Below the pieces are notes generated by a model that worked only from the letters and a program-made list of their open reading frames with translations, did not search any database and had not been told where the DNA came from. Positions 28,606-37,333 of a stretch of DNA of 64,000 nt are shown in pieces. A program made the position numbers and the translations under genes. Numbering within the stretch: the first letter of the stretch is position 1; every line of letters starts with the position of its first letter. This DNA comes from Fidelibacterota bacterium (GTDB lineage: Bacteria > Fidelibacterota > Marinisomatia > Marinisomatales > Marinisomataceae): positions 883,736 through 947,735 of the forward strand of contig OZ243041.1 of assembly GCA_965212055.1 (NCBI GenBank), given 5' to 3'.

Positions 28606-29385
28606 TTAAAAATAATATTGATTTAAAAATTTATTTTTATATTCTTTCTGTGAGAAATCTTTTAAATAATCCTCAATAATATCAACTTTTTTTTGATTAT
28701 TAATACCGCTTACACATTTATATTCACAGAAAGGAAATCCAATAACATTCTTGCTTTTTGTATTGCAAAATGGAATAAATTTTACAAAATCAATTTCTTT
28801 TTTATTCTGCAATTTTTTATTAGCTATAAAATCAGATAATAATGGATATACCTCGCTATCTAAGATAAAACAAAGACAATCTTGTTCAGCCCAACCAGAA
28901 TATGGTTTACCTTCATTCGAATGAAACACCTCAGAATATTTTCCTTCACTATCTCTCAAAAATCCAACATAAGGATTTTTTTTATAACGTGTTGGCATTG
29001 CAATGAGTGGATTAAATTTTTCATATAATATGGTAGAAAAAAATATATAACTAGAAGGAATAAGTGCTAAATCACCCCACAATAAAATGGTATCATACTC
29101 TAAAGCTAAATCATTTTTGATTGCATCCAAACATACCGCTGTACCTTGTATTTGTTCAGGATGGAGTTCAATTAGATTGATTTTTTTATTTAAACCTTCT
29201 ATTTGTTCAAAATAATGCTTATCGAGAGAATTAATTACTATATTGATGGAAACAATATTTGATATTGCTTTTTCAATCACATTTAACAAGTTAATAATAA
29301 TAGATTTTTGACCATTTGGATAGTCAATTTTAAGGAGAGGTTTTGGATAATTGAGATTCATTCTTTCTCCCTTTCCTGCAGCCAT
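28606..29385 (-). CDS. sugar/phospho-compound nucleotidyltransferase (GlmU-N/MobA/CofC-like fold)
   Basis: 259 aa from the only ATG. MAAGKGERM is the signature xAAGxGxR loop, with GTAVCL and WGDLALI. The conserved beta-strand QIVI lies upstream of the ATG, so the true start may be non-canonical. Confidence 0.65.
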   Translation of the reverse strand: MAAGKGERMNLNYPKPLLKIDYPNGQKSIIINLLNVIEKAISNIVSINIVINSLDKHYFEQIEGLNKKINLIELHPEQIQGTAVCLDAIKNDLALEYDTILLWGDLALIPSSYIFFSTILYEKFNPLIAMPTRYKKNPYVGFLRDSEGKYSEVFHSNEGKPYSGWAEQDCLCFILDSEVYPLLSDFIANKKLQNKKEIDFVKFIPFCNTKSKNVIGFPFCEYKCVSGINNQKKVDIIEDYLKDFSQKEYKNKFLNQYYF

Positions 29386-29525
29386 AATTACTATTTGATA
29401 TTGTTTTTTATTGATTGAAGTATTTTCTAAATAGTAATTAAATAATTCTTTTCTATACTGTGAAAGTTCAAACTTTTTAGAAGAAAAAGGATTAAAGATT
29501 AAAGTACTATCTCCTGATTTTTTAA

Positions 29526-30284
29526 TTACAATATCTCCTTTAATGATTCCACAGAAAATGTAGGAGAAGGAGAATTTTTAACTAAATCAGATTTTGAAGA
29601 AATAAGTACAGATTGGCATTTAAGATTCTTACTGAGTTCTATGTCAGTCCAAGGATTGTCTCCTATCACTATCAATTTTTCATCTTTTTTTACTTTTATC
29701 ATTTCTCTGCTGAGATTAGGTTTTCCAAATTCTTTTGATAGCTTTTTTTTCTGTAAAACACCTGATAAATTCAATAAACCGTCCAAAATTAAGGTAACAG
29801 TAAAATTAAATGGTGGTTCGGGTGAAATTCTATCAGGATTTCCTAATAAAATATCTGCATCTGTTTTTATAATTAAGTTTAATGCTGATTCTGTTCTTTT
29901 AATCCATTCACTATCAACCAAAGAAGTAAAAATAATTGCATCAATATCTTCTTCTGAGATATCATTCACTATATTGCCTACAAAAGGTTTGATTTTATTG
30001 GCAACATTTTCTTGTCCGTAATGAAAAATAGTTTTGTAAGATTTTTTTTCTAAAAATTTTAATAATAAATCTAATGATGTAATAACATCGGGTATTGGTA
30101 CATTAAAAATGTTAAATAATTCCTCTTTTAATTCTAAGCCTGTTTTAGATCCAATATTTGAAAAAATAATTATTTTTTGATAATAATTTTTTAAGAATTC
30201 TTTTGAACCATTGAGAGGTTCTTTTTTATTAGAATATAATGTTCCACTAACATCTAATAAAATTTTATCAAATTTGGATAACAT
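29526..30284 (-). CDS. HAD-superfamily hydrolase, subfamily IIA-like
   Basis: 252 aa. Motif I variant ILLDVSGTL, FSNIGSK, and motif IV VIGDNPWTDIELSKN (the GDxxxTDI of NagD-type HAD-IIA). Confidence 0.6.
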   Translation of the reverse strand: MLSKFDKILLDVSGTLYSNKKEPLNGSKEFLKNYYQKIIIFSNIGSKTGLELKEELFNIFNVPIPDVITSLDLLLKFLEKKSYKTIFHYGQENVANKIKPFVGNIVNDISEEDIDAIIFTSLVDSEWIKRTESALNLIIKTDADILLGNPDRISPEPPFNFTVTLILDGLLNLSGVLQKKKLSKEFGKPNLSREMIKVKKDEKLIVIGDNPWTDIELSKNLKCQSVLISSKSDLVKNSPSPTFSVESLKEIL

Positions 30285-30290
30285 CTTACA

Positions 30291-31556
30291 TTATTTATCA
30301 TTTACTATTCTTAAAATAGTTTTTAAGACATTTTTTCCATTATGAGCAGAAGGATTTAATGGATCAGAAAAATTACCTTTCACTATTTTTAACCAAGGAT
30401 ATTTATTCATAATTACATTTTCATCAAAATTAATCGATTTTGATTCTTTAGATTCTGAGGTTGCATCATCTATAATTAGGTGAGTAAGTAAATCTTTTTT
30501 ATTAATACTCTTATTACTTGATCTATTTAAATATTTATATAAATCTTTTACTAGATCTGAAACATATAAAAAATTATTGGTTTCTTTCTTCAAGTTTGCA
30601 ATCATCACTTTTGGATTCTCATTTTGTTTAATAAGATTTGCTACCCCTTTTGTTTCAAGGCTTGGAAGGATACTAGAATATGGAGTTCCAGAACCATAAA
30701 CAATGATATCGCTGTTAAGTATTTTTTCTTTAATATCTTCATTATAAATAGGAATACTCCTCAATGACTCAAGAAAACTAATTTTATCATCTATTTCTAT
30801 TGAAGATAATTTTCTAATTTGATTCATTGTGATAGGATTTGTCATCTGATAGATATCTTTTATGCTATCTGTAGTGCGAGTTAATACCACAGATGCTTCA
30901 TTAGGTAAAAGGGTACCATTTTTCAGTAACCCACTTAGAAATCTAACAGAATTTGTATTAGAATATATTGCAATTTTACTATTCAGATTACAAAATTTAG
31001 AAAAAGCATTAGTAGCTTTATTAAAGTCAAGATTATTTTCTACCAATAGAGCTCCAAATAAAATATTACCAATTTTGAAATCTTCTATATCAATAATTTC
31101 ATCTCTGTTTTGATAAAAATAATTGAAAAAAATAATAAATTTTTTCAAAATTTGTTTTCTTGTTTTATCTGGAATTTGTGAAAGTGCAGATAAATATTTA
31201 GGTAAAGAATTTTTATATAGCATTTTGTGCAGATTACGATATAATAATAACCTTTCTTCAAAATTATCAACCATCGGAAATCTGGCTTCTAATGCGTTTA
31301 TTAGTTTTTCATTTGGAGAAAGAGAAAGGATTGCTTTTAAAAAATCACTTATTCCATGAGCTTTATAATGAAATAATCTTCTAATCTCTCCTGTAGATGC
31401 ACCATCATCTAAACCATTAATTATTACTGAAAGTTCATTGATGTCGTTCATTTGTTTTTTCATTGCAAAAAACAAATTTTTATTCCCTCTTCCTCCTGAA
31501 AATATTATAACTTTTGGTTTATATTTATTTTTCATTCTTTTTTCCCCATTTAGCAA
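30291..31556 (-). CDS. CofD/YvcK-family (UPF0052) protein, extended form
   Basis: 421 aa. PKVIIFSGGRGNKNL, INGLDDGASTGEIRR and SDIIVYGSGTPYSSILPSL align by eye to B. subtilis YvcK blocks PKVVIIGGGTGLSVL, VTVADDGGSSGRLRN and ADVIVIGPGSLYTSVLPNL. The likely start is the Met at 31535. Confidence 0.7.
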   Translation of the reverse strand: MLNGEKRMKNKYKPKVIIFSGGRGNKNLFFAMKKQMNDINELSVIINGLDDGASTGEIRRLFHYKAHGISDFLKAILSLSPNEKLINALEARFPMVDNFEERLLLYRNLHKMLYKNSLPKYLSALSQIPDKTRKQILKKFIIFFNYFYQNRDEIIDIEDFKIGNILFGALLVENNLDFNKATNAFSKFCNLNSKIAIYSNTNSVRFLSGLLKNGTLLPNEASVVLTRTTDSIKDIYQMTNPITMNQIRKLSSIEIDDKISFLESLRSIPIYNEDIKEKILNSDIIVYGSGTPYSSILPSLETKGVANLIKQNENPKVMIANLKKETNNFLYVSDLVKDLYKYLNRSSNKSINKKDLLTHLIIDDATSESKESKSINFDENVIMNKYPWLKIVKGNFSDPLNPSAHNGKNVLKTILRIVNDK

Positions 31557-32427
31557 TAATTATTTTAATAATTTGCGCTCCAGACGGATAAATCCTTCCT
31601 AAATACCATTTTTTTAGAGGTTTTCTCTCATTTTTAATAATTAATGGTAATTTAAATATTCCTTCAATCATTCCTAAAAAATAATAGTGTAATGATAATG
31701 TTTTCAAAGAAAAAATAAAATTAATTGTAAAATGAAAAATTACTTCTCTTATTGCTGGTAATAATGGATAATGTTTACATATTAACCATAAAACATTCCT
31801 AGTATTATAGTAATAAAACTTAGAAGACAATCTTGTTGTTGGCGATTCTTTGTGATATGCAACAATATCGCTAAAATGTTGAATTTTATATCCATAGTCC
31901 AATGCTCTTATACAAACATCTTCTTCGCTAGCATAGATAAAATAATTTTTCGGTCTTAAACCAACATTGTCAAATAATTCTTTTTTTAAACCAACAGCAC
32001 ATCCAGTAAACCTATTATGTTTGGGCCAGTTTTTGGGTTCATTTTGAATTTTTTTTGAGAAAAAATTGAAAATACGAGGATCCACAATCCCAAGAGATGG
32101 GTCATTATTAAATTTATGAACAATTTTATTAATTCCATTATCTTCAAAAAATGCATCACTATCAAGAAAAACTAAAATAGGGCCAGTAGAATTAACAATA
32201 CCTACATTAAATCCTTCTTCACATCCCACATTTGACGGTAAACATATTAATTTATAATTTGGATATAGTTGTCTTATTTCTTCAACAGTACCATCAGATG
32301 ATCCATTATCAACTATAATAACTTCTAAATTAGAGTAAGTTTGTCTTTGAAGAGATTCCAAAGTTTCCAGGATATCATCTTTTCGATTCCAAGTTACAAT
32401 TACTACAGATACTAATGGGTTATTCAT
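31525..32427 (-). CDS. family 2 glycosyltransferase
   Basis: 300 aa. VSVVIVTWNRKD, EVIIVDNGSSDGT and FLDSDAF (DxD) are GT-A/GT2 hallmarks. Confidence 0.88.
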   Translation of the reverse strand: MNNPLVSVVIVTWNRKDDILETLESLQRQTYSNLEVIIVDNGSSDGTVEEIRQLYPNYKLICLPSNVGCEEGFNVGIVNSTGPILVFLDSDAFFEDNGINKIVHKFNNDPSLGIVDPRIFNFFSKKIQNEPKNWPKHNRFTGCAVGLKKELFDNVGLRPKNYFIYASEEDVCIRALDYGYKIQHFSDIVAYHKESPTTRLSSKFYYYNTRNVLWLICKHYPLLPAIREVIFHFTINFIFSLKTLSLHYYFLGMIEGIFKLPLIIKNERKPLKKWYLGRIYPSGAQIIKIIIAKWGKKNEK

Positions 32428-32453
32428 TATAAAATTTTCAAATATATTAACAT

Positions 32454-33599
32454 TTATAAATCATAAAAAATAGAATTTCCTCTTTCTTTCCAAATTTTAC
32501 AATTAGGATCATTGTCAATGCAAAATTGTCTTGCTAACTCCCATGAATAATTATTGTTTCCATTGTTATTAAACTGATTTAGTTCATTATTAATCGTTTT
32601 TAATAATTTTTCATCAATATTATTCTCAGATTTTGCTAATAAAACTAATAATTCAATAACTGTTAAATTTATTCTATCTTTATATATTTTTTTGTTCATC
32701 AACCATCCAAAAATTTTTCGAACAATATTTTCATAATCATTTCTATAATCTTTTATAATAGTATCCCAATCATTGTATTGTTTATTATAATATTGAGATA
32801 AAAATAACATTAAGACCTTCATATGCTCTTGCTTGTTTAAATACCATAAAGAATATAAATCTTCCTTAATATCTAGGAATGGAGAAACTTTAAATTGAGT
32901 AGCTTTCTGCACTAATTCACACCATACTTTATTATTGAAAGTTTGTTTAAAAAAAATTTCTCTTTCAATATAACTGCTATGATACTTGCCATGTAATATT
33001 AGCAATGCTGATGACCATCCTAAAATTGATTTAGATATTTGCTGATAAATCCAAAATTTTTCATTATCTGTTATTTGAGAATCTTTCTCACCAGGATATG
33101 CTTGAAGAATAGATATAAGATAAAGCAAAAGAGGAGTTCTGCCTTCACGCAAACTTAATTTACTTGAATCAATAAATGGAATAGATTCTAATATCTTTTT
33201 ATTGCCATAGAATACATATGATGCATATTTCAAATCATAGTTGGCCATAGTAGGTTTTAAATATTTTAGTTTTTTTGCTTGAATTAATTCTATATCAACT
33301 TGTCTTATCTGTATTCTTTTTAAAATTGAATTTCTTAAATCTTCTAGATCAGCGATTTCAGAATTGTCTTTTGTGATAATATATATATCATAATCATTAA
33401 TGGGTTGAATATCATTATCTACAATTAAAACACTTCCTTCTCCACGCCCAAATCCTCCAGCTAAAACAATAGATTCAATATTGGTAAATTCATTTAAGAT
33501 AATCTGAGTAATTAAATCCAAATCAGAAGAAATTCTATGATATATATCTTGACTATCATGAATTGTAAATTTTGTACTATTATTGATTCTTTTATTCAT
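32454..33599 (-). CDS. Pol-beta-fold nucleotidyltransferase-like protein with helical C-terminal domain (function unknown)
   Basis: 381 aa. LAGGFGRGEGSVLIVDNDIQPINDYDIYII fits the hG[GS]...DxD minimal NTase pattern. The remainder is helical with no recognised family. Confidence 0.4.
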   Translation of the reverse strand: MNKRINNSTKFTIHDSQDIYHRISSDLDLITQIILNEFTNIESIVLAGGFGRGEGSVLIVDNDIQPINDYDIYIITKDNSEIADLEDLRNSILKRIQIRQVDIELIQAKKLKYLKPTMANYDLKYASYVFYGNKKILESIPFIDSSKLSLREGRTPLLLYLISILQAYPGEKDSQITDNEKFWIYQQISKSILGWSSALLILHGKYHSSYIEREIFFKQTFNNKVWCELVQKATQFKVSPFLDIKEDLYSLWYLNKQEHMKVLMLFLSQYYNKQYNDWDTIIKDYRNDYENIVRKIFGWLMNKKIYKDRINLTVIELLVLLAKSENNIDEKLLKTINNELNQFNNNGNNNYSWELARQFCIDNDPNCKIWKERGNSIFYDL

Positions 33600-33607
33600 A
33601 TAAGTAT

Positions 33608-34477
33608 TTAATTGTTTGATTGAAAAATACTTTTTATCCCATACTCTGTTGAATATTTATTTTTCTTTAAATTAAGTTTTTTCATCGTATAAGTATTATC
33701 AATGATCAGACTACCAAATAAACGTTGGTGAAATGATGGTTTTATAATCTTAAGTAATTTTTCAAAAAATATGATATTCACTAGTAAAACTTTTTTATTT
33801 AAACATTTTGCAATCAATTGAATAAGTTGTGTTGTAGAAAGAGCTTCATCATCAACAGCTAAAAATATTCCTTTTTGTTTTAAAGAAATTATTTGATCTA
33901 AAATAAAACAAACATTCCCTACAAAAACCATACTTCGTTTATTTTTAACATTTTTAAACGGTAAAATTGGAATTTTTTTAATCAGACTAACTAAGTTCAT
34001 AAAATTAGCTTTAACTCCAAAACCATATATTAAAGGATTTCTGAGTATTGCAACTTGGAAATCTTTAGTCTCAATATTCCTTAAAAAATCTTCAGCCTTC
34101 AATTTACTAATTGAGTAATAATCAATGGGATTAGTACTGCTATTTTCGTAGTAACATATATCAGATTCTTCACCATAAACTTTTATGGTACTTAAAAAGA
34201 TAAAATGCTTAACCCCGCTTTTCTTTGCTTTTTTAGCTAATTGAAGAGTTTGGTTTACATTAATTTCTTGATATTGCTCCCATGATGCACCTTTCATCTG
34301 ATGTACTAATGCGGAACAGTGAATAACTACATCAACATTACTTAAATCGAGATTTATAAAATTGTTATTGAGAAATGAAAATGTATCTATAGTATACGAT
34401 GAATTATATTTTTTAAGAAAATAACTACCAACAAACCCATTAGATCCTGTTAATAAAATTCGTTTCATTGACATCAT
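33608..34477 (-). CDS. NAD-dependent sugar epimerase/dehydratase (extended SDR)
   Basis: 289 aa. ILLTGSNGFVGS Rossmann motif and YSISKLKAE (YxxxK). Confidence 0.75.
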   Translation of the reverse strand: MMSMKRILLTGSNGFVGSYFLKKYNSSYTIDTFSFLNNNFINLDLSNVDVVIHCSALVHQMKGASWEQYQEINVNQTLQLAKKAKKSGVKHFIFLSTIKVYGEESDICYYENSSTNPIDYYSISKLKAEDFLRNIETKDFQVAILRNPLIYGFGVKANFMNLVSLIKKIPILPFKNVKNKRSMVFVGNVCFILDQIISLKQKGIFLAVDDEALSTTQLIQLIAKCLNKKVLLVNIIFFEKLLKIIKPSFHQRLFGSLIIDNTYTMKKLNLKKNKYSTEYGIKSIFQSNN

Positions 34478-34547
34478 AAGTTTACTATTTTATTTGTGTA
34501 AGTTATAGAATAATAAAAACTACAATTAGAAATAATAAGGAAAAAAA

Positions 34548-35393
34548 TTGAAAATAGGCATTCTTGGACAAGGGTATGTTGGAAGTGCAATTAAAATCGG
34601 ATTTGAAAAGCACTATAAAGATATTAATACATTTGATAAGTATAGTAAGTCTAAGAGCACTGTTTCTAATCTAGAAGAACTAACAAAGTCTTCAGAAATT
34701 ATATTTGTTTGTCTTCCTACACCAATGAAAGAAAATGGTGAATGTGATATTGGAATTGTTAAAAAAGAAATTGAAAAAATAAATAAATATTCTACCCACA
34801 AAAAAATTGTTGTTATTAAATCAACTGTACCTCCTGACACCACAAAAAAAATCAACAACAGCAACAAGAATATAGATGTTATTTTTAATCCAGAATTTTT
34901 AACTGAACGAAATTTTATTGAGGATTTCAAAAAACAAAATCGAATTGTATTAGGTGGTAATCAAAAACCAGTTGATATTTTACAACAGGTCTATGGCAAA
35001 GTTTTTCCTAATATAACAATTGTTAAAACTGATTCAACGACAGCTGAAATGATTAAATATTTTACAAACACATTTCTAGCTACTAAAGTATCTTTTTCGA
35101 ATGAAATGAAAATAATTTGTGATGAGATTGATGTTGACTATGATAAAGTAGTTGAATATTCCTTGTATGATCAAAGAATAGGAAAATCACACTTAGGGGT
35201 TCCTGGCCCTGATGGGAAGCTTGGGTTTGGAGGAAGCTGTTTTCCAAAAGATATTAATGCATTAATATATTTTGCTAAACAAAAAGGAATAGATTTAGAT
35301 GTATTAAAAAGTGTTTGGGAAACAAATTTAAAAGTTAGGCCTGAAAAAGACTGGGAAAAATTAAAAGGCAGAGCAGTTATTAAAAAAGACTAA
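34548..35393 (+). CDS. UDP-glucose/GDP-mannose dehydrogenase family protein, short form lacking the C-terminal domain
   Basis: 281 aa with a TTG start. KIGILGQGYVGS, FNPEFLTERN and the catalytic-Cys block GFGGSCFPKDI. The protein ends 47 aa after that block, whereas typical members continue for about 100 more aa. Confidence 0.7.
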   Translation: MKIGILGQGYVGSAIKIGFEKHYKDINTFDKYSKSKSTVSNLEELTKSSEIIFVCLPTPMKENGECDIGIVKKEIEKINKYSTHKKIVVIKSTVPPDTTKKINNSNKNIDVIFNPEFLTERNFIEDFKKQNRIVLGGNQKPVDILQQVYGKVFPNITIVKTDSTTAEMIKYFTNTFLATKVSFSNEMKIICDEIDVDYDKVVEYSLYDQRIGKSHLGVPGPDGKLGFGGSCFPKDINALIYFAKQKGIDLDVLKSVWETNLKVRPEKDWEKLKGRAVIKKD

Positions 35394-36415
35394 AGAGAAA
35401 GCCATCTGTCGTTTTTTAATGTCCAATCAATGGTAGATTCTAATCTATCAAATGCAGATTGAGGCTCCCAACCCATCTTTTTCATTTTAGAACCATCCAA
35501 TGCATATCTTAAATCATGTCCTGGTCTTTGAGAATGGAAGTCTACCATTTCGTAGATAAGTTTTTTTGATTGAGTATCTGCTATAAATTGTGCTAACTGG
35601 AGATTATCAATCTCATTTTTACCAACAATATTAAATTTTTGACATTTAGCGCCTGTATCATCAGGCTCTATAGTCGTAATATCGTAATTATATAAAAATA
35701 ATAATGCTTCGGCTACATCTTCTGCGTGAATATAATGTCTAGATCCTGCAACAGTCTTGTCTTTGTTTGCATGTACAGTAACTTTTCCACCGTCTCTTAC
35801 TTTTTTAATTACCATCGGAATATATTTCTCAGGATTTTGTCTTTCTCCAAATACATTCATTGTATGTGTTATGATACATGGGAGTTGATAAGTATTCTCA
35901 AAAGCAACTACCAGTTCTTCTGCCCCAGCTTTGGTAGCTGAATATGGATTAGTAGAATTATATCTATCATTTTCTTTGTAATTAATACCTTTAGGCGCTG
36001 GTCCAAAGACCTCATCAGTGCTAAAATATGCAAATCTTTCTAAACCATCTAATTTTCTCGCATAATCCAAAATATGCGCTGTCCCAACTATATTATCCAT
36101 TACAAACTCTAATGGATAAGAAATTGATCTATCGACGTGTGAACCTGCAGCAAGATGGCTAATATAATCTACTTTTCCAATGGTAGCAGTAATTTCAGGG
36201 TTCAGTTCAGCTTTTAAATCATGATGAATCACTCTAACTCTTTTTCTTTCAGGTTTAGGATAGGAAGACACTACTTCATTTAATCTGTTAAGATTCCCAC
36301 TAAAATCTAATCTATCCAGTGTAACAACTTCCCAATCTGTAGTAGATAAAATTTTATCAATGACATGATGTGCGATAAATCCTGCACCGCCTGTAATTAG
36401 TATTTTTTTACTCAT
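35390..36415 (-). CDS. NDP-sugar 4,6-dehydratase (RfbB/dTDP-glucose 4,6-dehydratase-like)
   Basis: 341 aa. ILITGGAGFIAHH, VVTLDRLDFSGNLNRL, FSTDEVFG and YSATKAGAEELV follow the RfbB pattern. Confidence 0.75.
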   Translation of the reverse strand: MSKKILITGGAGFIAHHVIDKILSTTDWEVVTLDRLDFSGNLNRLNEVVSSYPKPERKRVRVIHHDLKAELNPEITATIGKVDYISHLAAGSHVDRSISYPLEFVMDNIVGTAHILDYARKLDGLERFAYFSTDEVFGPAPKGINYKENDRYNSTNPYSATKAGAEELVVAFENTYQLPCIITHTMNVFGERQNPEKYIPMVIKKVRDGGKVTVHANKDKTVAGSRHYIHAEDVAEALLFLYNYDITTIEPDDTGAKCQKFNIVGKNEIDNLQLAQFIADTQSKKLIYEMVDFHSQRPGHDLRYALDGSKMKKMGWEPQSAFDRLESTIDWTLKNDRWLSL

Positions 36416-36418
36416 CTG

Positions 36419-37330
36419 TTAATTTAATCCTATTTTAGATTTATAGTTTATTATCCAATCTTCTAATTTTACTAAAGGTTCCCAATCTAATAATTTTTTT
36501 GCTTTATAAACATCAGCTAAATTTGCAAATGGTTCATTAACAGGCTTCTCATAAATTGTATTGTCCCCTATTAACTGTGCAATATCATTAATTGAAATAT
36601 TTTTTCCGCTTCCGATGTTAATAACTTCTCCGTAACCAACCTTATTTGATTGCGCTGCTAAAATATTTGCTCTTACTACATCTCCTACATAAATAAAGTC
36701 TCTTTTTTGGTTGCCATCACCATTTATAGTCATTGGAACATCATCTAAACATTGTTTTATAAATATTCCAATAACAGCGGCATATGCTCCCTCTAAATTT
36801 TGCCTTTCTCCATAGATATTAAAGTACCTCAATGATACAGTTTCTATTTTATAAGCTTGAAAAAACATTTTGCAACATATTTCACCATAATATTTTTGAC
36901 TGGCATATGGAGATATAGGATTGGGTAAATCATTTTCAGAGGATGGTAATTTTTCTGTTGGCCCATAAACAGATGAAGATGCACTATAAATAAATCTTCG
37001 AACTTTTGTAGCGCTTGCGCTTTTAAGCATGTTTATTGTCCCAATCGTATTATTTATTTCGTACTTAATTGGATTATCAATAGATGACTGCACTCCAACT
37101 AATGCTGCACAATGAAATACACAATCTGTGTTTTGCATAATTGTCATAAAAATATCCATATTATCAATATTGGAAATATCATAATGATGATAAAATGCTT
37201 TTGGGTTACAATTTTCTTTTTTCCCGGTAGAAAAATTATCTAATACATGAACTTCATGTCCGTCATCAACTAAACAATCAACAAGATTACTACCAATAAA
37301 TCCTGCCCCTCCTGTCACAACATATTTCAT
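36419..37330 (-). CDS. NAD-dependent nucleotide-sugar epimerase (WbpP/TviC-like extended SDR)
   Basis: 303 aa. VVTGGAGFIGSNL, LDNFSTGKKEN and YASQKYYGE. Confidence 0.75.
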   Translation of the reverse strand: MKYVVTGGAGFIGSNLVDCLVDDGHEVHVLDNFSTGKKENCNPKAFYHHYDISNIDNMDIFMTIMQNTDCVFHCAALVGVQSSIDNPIKYEINNTIGTINMLKSASATKVRRFIYSASSSVYGPTEKLPSSENDLPNPISPYASQKYYGEICCKMFFQAYKIETVSLRYFNIYGERQNLEGAYAAVIGIFIKQCLDDVPMTINGDGNQKRDFIYVGDVVRANILAAQSNKVGYGEVINIGSGKNISINDIAQLIGDNTIYEKPVNEPFANLADVYKAKKLLDWEPLVKLEDWIINYKSKIGLN

Positions 37331-37333
37331 AAT

